Assembly: GCF_000021865.1 (NCBI RefSeq) | Contig: NC_014034.1 | Span: 3,300,001 to 3,332,000, forward strand | Length of the DNA stretch: 32,000 nucleotides | Reading direction: 5' to 3' | Origin: Rhodobacter capsulatus SB 1003 | GTDB lineage: Bacteria; Pseudomonadota; Alphaproteobacteria; Rhodobacterales; Rhodobacteraceae | Part shown: in pieces, positions 15,656 through 23,653 of the stretch | Position numbering within the stretch: the stretch's first letter is position 1 | Layout: each line of letters starts with the position of its first letter | Program-made: the position numbers and the translations under genes | Notes under the pieces: generated by a model | Told to the model about the DNA's origin: nothing | What the model saw: only the letters and a program-made list of their open reading frames with translations | Database searches by the model: none

Positions 15656-17311
15656 ATGGCTTCCTATCAATATGTCTACCACATGGATGGCGTCTCCAAG
15701 ACCTATCCCGGTGGCAAGAAATGCTTCGAGAACATCCGCCTGAACTTCCTTCCGGGCGTCAAGATCGGGGTCGTCGGCGTCAACGGCGCCGGGAAATCGA
15801 CGCTGTTGCGCATCATGGCGGGCATCGACAAGGATTTTCAGGGCGAGGCCTGGGCCGCCAAGGGCGCCAAGGTCGGCTATCTCTCGCAGGAGCCGCAGCT
15901 GGATGAAACGCTGTCGGTGCGCGAAAACGTCATGCTGGGCGTGGCGGAAAAGACCGCCAAGATCGCGCGCTACAATGACCTGGCGATGAACTATTCCGAC
16001 GAGACCGCCGAGGAAATGGCGCGTCTGCAAGACGAGATCGACGCCGAGAACCTCTGGGATCTCGACAGCCAGGTCGATATCGCGCTCGAAGCGCTGCGCT
16101 GCCCGCCCGATGACGCCAATGTCGCGACGCTGTCGGGCGGCGAACGCCGCCGGGTGGCGTTGTGCAAGCTGCTTCTGGAAGCGCCCGACATGCTGCTCTT
16201 GGACGAACCGACCAACCACCTTGACGCCGAGACCATCGCCTGGCTGCAAAAGCACCTGATCGACTACAAGGGCACGATCCTTTGCGTCACCCACGACCGC
16301 TATTTCCTCGATGACATCACCTCGTGGATCCTGGAACTCGAGCGCGGCCGCGGCATCCCCTATGAGGGGAACTATTCCAGCTGGCTGGAACAAAAGGCCA
16401 AGCGGCTCGAACAAGAGGCGCGCGAGGACAAGGCCAAGCAGAAGGTCATGGAAAAAGAGCTGGAATGGATCCGCGCCGGCGCCAAGGCCCGGCAGGCGAA
16501 ATCCAAGGCCCGGATCGCGGCTTACGACAAGATGGCCGAGGAAGGCGTCAAGGAACGGGTCGGCAAGGCGCAGATCATCATTCCGAACGGGCCGCGTCTC
16601 GGCGGCAAGGTGATCGAGGTCGAAGGCCTGAAGAAGCACATGGGCGACAAGCTTCTGATCGAGAACCTCAGCTTCTCGCTGCCGCCGGGCGGCATCCTTG
16701 GGGTGATCGGCCCGAACGGCGCCGGGAAATCGACGCTGATCAAGATGCTGGTCGGCGCCGAGGCCCCGGACGAGGGCACGATCACGCTGGGCGACACGGT
16801 GAAGCTGGCCTATGTCGATCAGTCGCGCGACGCGCTCGATGCGAACAAGAACGTCTGGGAGGAAATCTCGGGCGGGGCGGAACTGATCGAACTGGGAGAT
16901 GCGCAGGTGAACTCGCGCGCCTATTGCGGTGCCTTCAACTTCAAGGGCGCGGATCAGCAGAAGAAAGTGGGCCTGCTCTCGGGCGGGGAACGCAACCGCG
17001 TGCACATGGCGAAACTGCTGAAATCGGGCGGCAACGTGCTGCTGCTTGACGAACCGACGAACGATCTGGACGTGGAGACCCTGCAGGCGCTGGAAGCGGC
17101 GATCGAGGATTTCGCGGGCTGCGCGGTGATCATCTCGCACGACCGCTTCTTCCTGGACCGTCTGTGCACGCATATCCTGGCGTTTGAGGGCGACGCCCAT
17201 GTGGAATTCTTCGAGGGCAACTTCGAGGATTACGAAAACGACAAGATCCGCCGTCTGGGCCCGGATGCGGTCGAGCCGAAGCGGGTGAAATACAAGAAGT
17301 TCACCCGCTGA
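15656..17311 (+). CDS. ettA: Energy-dependent translational throttle protein EttA (ABC-F ATPase)
   Basis: The N-terminus MASYQYVYHMDGVSKTYPGGKKCFENIRLNFLPGVKIGVVGVNGAGKSTLLRIMAGIDKDFQGEA is close to E. coli EttA. It has two ABC cassettes (LSGGERRRVALC, LSGGERNRVHMA) and no TM domain. Confidence 0.92.
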   Translation: MASYQYVYHMDGVSKTYPGGKKCFENIRLNFLPGVKIGVVGVNGAGKSTLLRIMAGIDKDFQGEAWAAKGAKVGYLSQEPQLDETLSVRENVMLGVAEKTAKIARYNDLAMNYSDETAEEMARLQDEIDAENLWDLDSQVDIALEALRCPPDDANVATLSGGERRRVALCKLLLEAPDMLLLDEPTNHLDAETIAWLQKHLIDYKGTILCVTHDRYFLDDITSWILELERGRGIPYEGNYSSWLEQKAKRLEQEAREDKAKQKVMEKELEWIRAGAKARQAKSKARIAAYDKMAEEGVKERVGKAQIIIPNGPRLGGKVIEVEGLKKHMGDKLLIENLSFSLPPGGILGVIGPNGAGKSTLIKMLVGAEAPDEGTITLGDTVKLAYVDQSRDALDANKNVWEEISGGAELIELGDAQVNSRAYCGAFNFKGADQQKKVGLLSGGERNRVHMAKLLKSGGNVLLLDEPTNDLDVETLQALEAAIEDFAGCAVIISHDRFFLDRLCTHILAFEGDAHVEFFEGNFEDYENDKIRRLGPDAVEPKRVKYKKFTR

Positions 17312-17333
17312 CACCTGCGCGCAAGTTGACGGG

Positions 17334-17370
17334 AAGCCGCGAGGGGAGACCTTCGCGGCTTTTTCGTTTT
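17334..17370 (+). terminator. Rho-independent terminator of ettA
   Basis: Stem AAGCCGCGA / TCGCGGCTT with a ~10-nt loop, followed by TTTTCGTTTT. It begins 23 nt after the ettA stop. Confidence 0.6.
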
Positions 17371-17664
17371 CCGATCGGGAAACGAGTCAGGTCTGCCCTG
17401 CGCAACGTGACCGTGGCCAAGGCCATCGCCGAGGCCCAGCGTGACAGATGCCCTACGACCGCCGGGGGTCCAAAGTGGCCTTCGGTGGCCATCTGTGAAT
17501 ATGATGATGAGAGCCAACAGATTAGCGGAACGCTTCTGCAGAGAAAATATGTGCATGCGAGGCGTGCAAATGCCAACGCGTAAGCAAACGACGCCCTATT
17601 AAATTTTCTCAACACAAGGGAATCATTTTCCAGAAAAGAGCACATTTCAACTTAAGTTAATAAA

Positions 17665-17680
17665 GGTATAAATTTATACC
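17665..17680. promoter_or_regulatory. Perfect 16-bp AT-rich palindrome GGTATAAATTTATACC (candidate operator)
   Basis: I verified it is its own reverse complement. It lies ~35 bp upstream of the putative -35 of the FRG gene, in the most AT-rich line of the window (15 G/C in 60 nt at 17641-17700). Confidence 0.35.
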
Positions 17681-17713
17681 TCAAAGCAATAACGAATACA
17701 CCTCACCTCAGAC

Positions 17714-17742
17714 TTGAAGCAACCCCGATTGCATGTTATTTT
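17714..17742 (+). promoter_or_regulatory. Putative sigma70-type promoter of the FRG-domain gene
   Basis: TTGAAG (17714-17719), a 17-nt spacer, then TATTTT (17737-17742). The predicted TSS is near 17750, which would exclude the ORF-track ATG at 17733 and favour ATG 17769. Confidence 0.35.
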
Positions 17743-17768
17743 TTTGCCGTTCTAATCTGGTTGAGAAA

Positions 17769-18632
17769 ATGGCAAAAATTTCTTCCCCTTGCGAAATCGG
17801 CAGCGTAACGGATCTTCTTGAAATTGTGTTCGGCGAGAAAAAAAGTGCTGCATCAACTCGTTGCTTTCGCGGACAAAAGAACGCATCTTGGCCCGTCAAG
17901 CCGAGTGTCAGCAGAAAGAAAGCGAGCGACGCTGAGTCGAAAATGTTTTCTGAAATTGCGCTTGATGCCCCCGGCGATTTCGCCAGCGACAAAACGATGT
18001 TTGAGAAGCTTGTGCGGGCGCAGCATTATGAGTTGCCAACCAGGCTTCTTGATGTCTCCCTGAACCCGCTCGTCGCGCTGTTCTTCGCGTCAGAGGCGCA
18101 TGTCGAAGATGACAAAGAACACGATGGTGCGATACATCTCTACGATGTTCAGGCTGCCAGAACGAAACATGCGGACAGCGACACGTTGAGTTTGATCTGC
18201 AATTTGGCAAGACTGACGGATGACGAAAAGAGCACATTGAAAGCCGCGTCGAAAGATTGCAGTTCGGAAGAGGCCATAGATAGTTTTCGCAACCTGCCAG
18301 CTTGCAAACGACTTTGTCAGTTCGTGAAGATGGAAAAACCGTACTTTGAAAATTCAGTTCAACCCATCGATTTGCGAAAATATTACCTGGCACGTCCGTA
18401 CAGAAACAACAAACGTATCATCGCGCAGTCTGGCGCCTTTATTGCCTCCGGTCTTCTGGAATATCAAGCCCTTGAAACATCAAGCCTCTCAGATCGCTAT
18501 AAGAAGATTTTGGTGAGAGCGGGGGATAAGTCGAAAATACGCGCAGACCTTGACAAGCTCGGAATTAATGGCGGGAGTTTGTTCCCGGAGATCGTCTCTG
18601 CCGCCAAGAATATTAATGCGAGATATGACTAA
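17769..18632 (+). CDS. FRG-domain protein (PF08867-like), function unknown
   Basis: 287 aa. It has F33-R34-G35-Q36 followed by SWPVKPS, then AQHYELPTRLLDVSLNPLVALFFA (res 84-107), DGAIHLYD, NNKRIIAQSGAFI (213-225) and C-terminal GINGGSLFPEI. These are the FRG family hallmarks as I remember them. Hand-counted lines inside the gene are about 42-53% GC, and codons are A/T-ending, unlike the flanks. The alternative start is 17733. Confidence 0.75.
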   Translation: MAKISSPCEIGSVTDLLEIVFGEKKSAASTRCFRGQKNASWPVKPSVSRKKASDAESKMFSEIALDAPGDFASDKTMFEKLVRAQHYELPTRLLDVSLNPLVALFFASEAHVEDDKEHDGAIHLYDVQAARTKHADSDTLSLICNLARLTDDEKSTLKAASKDCSSEEAIDSFRNLPACKRLCQFVKMEKPYFENSVQPIDLRKYYLARPYRNNKRIIAQSGAFIASGLLEYQALETSSLSDRYKKILVRAGDKSKIRADLDKLGINGGSLFPEIVSAAKNINARYD

Positions 18633-18723
18633 ACATTTTCGCAGATAGATTTCCGGCGAAAGTTAGTTCCATCAGCAAACGAAGGGGCCGCTTCGCAACG
18701 CAGCAGTAGCTGCCCCCTCAGGC

Positions 18724-18788
18724 GTGCTAGGACGTTCGACGCTCAGATCGATCCCCGAAACGATTGCCCCCCCCAAGGGCGGGGTCGC
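18724..18788. repeat. GC-rich intergenic repeat, copy 1 (65 nt)
   Basis: GTGCTAGGACGTTCGACGCTCAGATCGATCCCCGAAACGATTGCCCCCCCCAAGGGCGGGGTCGC. By hand alignment it matches copy 2 at about 56 of 67 columns. Confidence 0.8.
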
Positions 18789-18831
18789 TTGCGCTTCGGG
18801 CGTTCGGGGCTCGCCCCTAGCCCTCGCAAGT

Positions 18832-18898
18832 GTGCTCGGGCGTTCGACGCTCGAATCGTTCCACTGGAACGATTTGACCCCGCCAAGGGCGGGGTCGC
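18832..18898. repeat. GC-rich intergenic repeat, copy 2 (67 nt) with two perfect internal hairpins
   Basis: GTGCTCGGGCGTTCGACGCTCGAATCGTTCCACTGGAACGATTTGACCCCGCCAAGGGCGGGGTCGC. The internal hairpins are ATCGTTCC-act-GGAACGAT and GACCCCGCC-aag-GGCGGGGTC. It ends 3 nt before the lepA stop codon. Confidence 0.8.
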
Positions 18899-18901
18899 AT
18901 C

Positions 18902-20701
<1,800 letters not shown>

Positions 20702-20906
20702 GGGCGCGCAAATAGCAGCAATTCAAGGGTGCGGGAAGGGGGATTGCGGCGGGCCCGCGGGCCGGGACGCCGCGCCCGGATCGGCCGGAACACCGCCCTG
20801 CCGAGTCCGTTGACGCAACCATAGGGCGAGTGGTAGCGTTATCGGGCCAGACCACCGGCGCCTTGCGACCGACCGACCGGACAATCTCATCAAGGGAGGA
20901 AAGAGA

Positions 20907-20960
20907 ATGCCGAGACCCGATTGCACTGCCGTGACACAGCCTGTCGACACCGGAGGCTGA
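20907..20960 (+). CDS. Candidate 17-codon upstream small ORF (MPRPDCTAVTQPVDTGG)
   Basis: GGGAGG (20894-20899) lies 7 nt before ATG 20907, the best SD match I saw in the window. The TGA at 20958-20960 is 7 nt before the next ATG. Several A/T-ending codons (AGA, GAT, ACT, ACA, CCT, GGA) argue against ordinary coding. It may be a leader/regulatory ORF or not translated at all. Confidence 0.3.
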   Translation: MPRPDCTAVTQPVDTGG

Positions 20961-20967
20961 GGGGATC

Positions 20968-21279
20968 ATGGACACGCAAACCACGCTGAATGCGCCGCTC
21001 ACCCTGACGTCGCTGACCACCCGCAGCATCGGGCTGGTGTCCTTCATCCGGCTGAAGGGGTATTTGCCCAATGCGGGCTGGAACGTGACCGGCGAGGCGG
21101 CGCTGACCACCTCCGGCGTGCTGGTGTCGCTGCGCACCCGCCAGCGCCCGGGGGAGTTTCCCGACGTCGCCCAGCCGCTGATGCTGGAATATGCGCTTGG
21201 CCAGCTGCGCCCGGGCGAGCGCCCCTATCGCGTCACCTGTGACGGGGCCCAGCTGGCCGAGGGCCGGCTGATGTTCTGA
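20968..21279 (+). CDS. Hypothetical protein (103 aa), no family recognised
   Basis: GGAGGCTGAGGGG SD region lies upstream of ATG 20968. Codon third positions are strongly G/C throughout. There is no signal peptide. Confidence 0.55.
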   Translation: MDTQTTLNAPLTLTSLTTRSIGLVSFIRLKGYLPNAGWNVTGEAALTTSGVLVSLRTRQRPGEFPDVAQPLMLEYALGQLRPGERPYRVTCDGAQLAEGRLMF

Positions 21280-21366
21280 ACCGGGCTGCGGGCGGCACAT
21301 GCAATCGCGGTTGACGCCGCCCGCGGATCGCGCCAGATCATGCAAGACGAAGCGCGGAGGCCCCCG

Positions 21367-21555
21367 ATGATCCTGTCCGTTCCCAACATGACCTGCGGCC
21401 ATTGCAAGGCCAGCGTGGAAGCCGCCATCACCGAAGTGGGCGGCAAGGCCCTTGTCAGCCTGGAAGACCGCGAGGTCGAGGTGAACGGCCTGCCCGAGGA
21501 AACCGTCCTCGCCGCGCTCAAGGCCGCGGGCTTCGAGGCCGAGGTCATCGCCTGA
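21367..21555 (+). CDS. Heavy-metal-associated (HMA) domain metallochaperone, CopZ-like
   Basis: 62 aa. GGAGG lies 6 nt before ATG 21367. The metal-binding motif is MTCGHCKASVEAAI, with ferredoxin-like HMA length and pattern. Confidence 0.8.
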   Translation: MILSVPNMTCGHCKASVEAAITEVGGKALVSLEDREVEVNGLPEETVLAALKAAGFEAEVIA

Positions 21556-21722
21556 CCCAGATTTCGGCGGAAATCCGCCCCTTGCCGCCAGATCTGGCGG
21601 CCCCTCCGGGCAATCGGCGGAAAGTCGCCGAAACTATTGTGCCTGCTTGTCGAATCCCCTAAAACACCGGTCAAATCGACGGGATACGGGCGTGAACCCG
21701 ACCCGCAACCGAAGAGCAGAGC

Positions 21723-22019
21723 ATGATGAAATATCTTCTTTCCGCCGCCTTGGTTCTTGCGGGAACCACGGCTTTTGCCGGTCCCATCGATCGGGCCTGC
21801 CTGAACGCCGGACGCACCGCCGATCCGGCGCTGTGCGGCTGCATCCAGCAGGTCGCCGACCAGACCCTGTCGCGGTCGGACCAGCGCCGGGCGGCGAAAT
21901 TCTTCGAAGACCCGGATCAGGCCCAGGAAACCCGCGTTTCCGACCGCGCCGCGGATGAAGATTTCTGGGCCCGCTACAAGGCCTTTGCCCAGACCGCCGA
22001 AGCTTACTGCGCGCGCTGA
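21723..22019 (+). CDS. Small secreted Cys-containing hypothetical protein
   Basis: 98 aa. The signal peptide is MMKYLLSAALVLAGTTAFA, and the mature part has four Cys (C-x11-C-x-C ... C near the C-terminus). GC3-rich. It overlaps the 3' end of the convergent LMW-PTP gene by 16 nt. Confidence 0.55.
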   Translation: MMKYLLSAALVLAGTTAFAGPIDRACLNAGRTADPALCGCIQQVADQTLSRSDQRRAAKFFEDPDQAQETRVSDRAADEDFWARYKAFAQTAEAYCAR

Positions 22020-22453
22020 AGCCGCGCCAGCAAGGCCCTTGCGCCTGCCTCGATGATGTCGAGGCAGCCGTCGAAATCGCGGGTGTAATAGGGGTCGGGC
22101 ACCTCGGAGACACCGCGTTCGCCCTGCAGGAACATTTCCAGCCGCGCCGTCGCATCGGCGGGCCGCAGCGCCTGCGCATCGCGGTAATTCTGCCGGTCCA
22201 TCGCCAGAATCAGATCGAAGTCGCGGAAATCCGCCGGTTTCAGCTGCCGCGCCCGCAGCGCGCTCAGGTCATGGCCGCGCGGGCTGGCGGCCGCCTGCAT
22301 CGGACCATAGGGCGGCTCTCCGACATGCCAGGCGCCGGTTCCGGCGCTGTCGAGCGTGACCGGCACCCCGGCCTGCGCGGCCAGCGTGCGAAAGACCCCC
22401 TCGGCGGCGGGGGAGCGACAGATGTTGCCAAGGCAGAGAAACAGGATACGCAT
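22004..22453 (-). CDS. Low-molecular-weight protein-tyrosine phosphatase
   Basis: 149 aa. The N-terminal P-loop is ILFLCLGNICRSPAAEG (C-X5-R-S). The downstream DPYY motif carries the general-acid Asp. Confidence 0.85.
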   Translation of the reverse strand: MRILFLCLGNICRSPAAEGVFRTLAAQAGVPVTLDSAGTGAWHVGEPPYGPMQAAASPRGHDLSALRARQLKPADFRDFDLILAMDRQNYRDAQALRPADATARLEMFLQGERGVSEVPDPYYTRDFDGCLDIIEAGARALLARLQRAQ

Positions 22454-22481
22454 GGGGAGGGTTTACCAAGGGGAAACGCCG

Positions 22482-23174
22482 ATGGCCAGAATCGTGATTC
22501 TCACAGGTGCGGGAGTTTCCGCCGAAAGCGGCATCCGCACCTTCCGCGCCAGCGACGGCCTGTGGGAGGAACACCGGATCGAGGATGTGGCAACGCCCGA
22601 AGGCTTTGCCCGCGATCCGGCCCTTGTGCACAGGTTCTACAACCAGCGCCGCGCGGCGGCCGCGGCGGCCCTGCCCAATGCCGCCCATCTGGCCCTGGCG
22701 CGACTTGAAGCCGCAGGGGCTCATCAGCTGCTGGTGGTGACACAAAATGTCGACGACCTGCACGAACGGGCGGGGACGCAAAACCTGATTCACATGCATG
22801 GCACGCTGGCGGGGGCGCTGTGCGCCGCCTGCGGCCATCGCTGGCCCGCGCCTGCCGAAATGGCACCGCAAGACAGCTGCCCGCGCTGCCTGCATCCCGC
22901 GACGCGGCCCGACATCGTCTGGTTCGGCGAGATGCCCTACCGGATGGAGGAGATCTGGGCGGCGCTGCGGGCGGCCGATCTTTTCGTTTCGATCGGCACC
23001 TCGGGGAATGTCTATCCGGCCGCCGGCTTCGTTGCCGATGCCCGCCATGGGGGCGTGGCGACGCTCGAGCTGAACCTCGAGCCCTCGCAGGGGACGCGGT
23101 TCTTCGACGAGGCCCGGCACGGCCCGGCAACACAGGTGGTTCCGGCCTGGGTGGATGAGATGCTTTGCACATGA
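22482..23174 (+). CDS. cobB: NAD-dependent protein deacylase, Sir2 family (CobB)
   Basis: The start MARIVILTGAGVSAESGIRTFR carries the Sir2 NAD-binding motif. Other motifs are QNVDDLHERAG, the Zn ribbon CAACG...CPRC, and GTSGNVYPAA. The ORF-track upstream extension overlaps the PTP gene and is rejected. Confidence 0.85.
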   Translation: MARIVILTGAGVSAESGIRTFRASDGLWEEHRIEDVATPEGFARDPALVHRFYNQRRAAAAAALPNAAHLALARLEAAGAHQLLVVTQNVDDLHERAGTQNLIHMHGTLAGALCAACGHRWPAPAEMAPQDSCPRCLHPATRPDIVWFGEMPYRMEEIWAALRAADLFVSIGTSGNVYPAAGFVADARHGGVATLELNLEPSQGTRFFDEARHGPATQVVPAWVDEMLCT

Positions 23175-23179
23175 ATCGC

Positions 23180-23208
23180 TTGACGCGGGGCGGCTTTGGC
23201 CCTATTCC
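23180..23208 (+). promoter_or_regulatory. Putative sigma70-type promoter of rpmB
   Basis: TTGACG (23180-23185), a 17-nt spacer, then TATTCC (23203-23208), about 90 nt upstream of the rpmB ATG. Confidence 0.35.
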
Positions 23209-23297
23209 CCGCGGACGGATTTCCGGGCCTCGCGCGCAGCGGGTCCCGCAGTATTGGAAGTGGGCCGCGTCGCCCGAGGAAACGAAGGAACAACGCC

Positions 23298-23585
23298 ATG
23301 TCGCGCGTCTGCGAACTGACCGGCAAAGGCCCGATGTCGGGCAACAACATCAGCCACGCGAACAACAAGACGCGTCGCCGCTTTCTGCCGAACCTGAACG
23401 AAGTCACCCTGATCTCGGACGTGCTGGGGCAATCGTTCCAGCTGCGCGTTTCGGCCGCCGGCCTGCGCACCGTCGATCACCGCGGTGGTCTGGACGCTTT
23501 CCTCGCGAAAGCCTCGGATGACGAGCTGTCGGCGAATGCGCTGAAGATCAAGAAAGCCATCGCCAAGGCGCAAGCCGCGGCGTGA
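23298..23585 (+). CDS. rpmB: 50S ribosomal protein L28
   Basis: [33 protein letters not shown] is the canonical L28 N-terminus. 95 aa, with the alphaproteobacterial C-terminal extension. Confidence 0.92.
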   Translation: MSRVCELTGKGPMSGNNISHANNKTRRRFLPNLNEVTLISDVLGQSFQLRVSAAGLRTVDHRGGLDAFLAKASDDELSANALKIKKAIAKAQAAA

Positions 23586-23618
23586 TTGGCCGCCGCGTGA
23601 TCGGATGATCCACGGATC

Positions 23619-23650
23619 AAAAACCCCGCCTCTGGCGGGGTTTTTCGTTT
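23619..23650. terminator. Bidirectional rho-independent terminator (rpmB / meaB)
   Basis: AAAAACCCCGCC-tct-GGCGGGGTTTTT, with T-runs after the stem on both strands. It lies between convergent genes. Confidence 0.7.
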
Positions 23651-23653
23651 GCA

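Noticed and set aside
15617-17314. 565-aa ORF antisense to ettA, and the 628-aa ORF at 18938-20824 antisense to lepA
   Set aside because: They mirror highly conserved translation-factor genes. Their composition is Arg/Asp/His/Gln-rich with no motifs, so they are GC artefacts.
17301-17645. 85-aa (+), 108-aa (-) and 114-aa (-) ORFs at the left junction of the islet
   Set aside because: They have no SD and overlap the ettA terminator. Their composition is odd and Cys/Arg-rich, and they span the compositional break. They could be a decayed gene remnant, but there is no evidence of function.
17708-18393. 94-aa and 161-aa ORFs antisense to the FRG gene (a possible antitoxin or partner gene)
   Set aside because: They lie entirely within and antisense to the FRG coding sequence. 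They have no SD or promoter signals, and their Cys/Arg/Ser-rich translations carry no motifs. I found no support for a two-gene system.
18724-18898. CRISPR array formed by the two 65-67 nt repeats
   Set aside because: There are only two copies. They are too long and only ~84% identical, with a single 43-nt spacer that partly repeats the unit. No cas genes or leader are present. I classed it as a REP/MITE-like tandem repeat.
22356-22481. Upstream extension of cobB (ORF-track start at 22356)
   Set aside because: It would overlap the divergent LMW-PTP coding region by ~100 nt. The Sir2 domain begins right after the Met at 22482, which has an AGGGGA SD-like sequence upstream.
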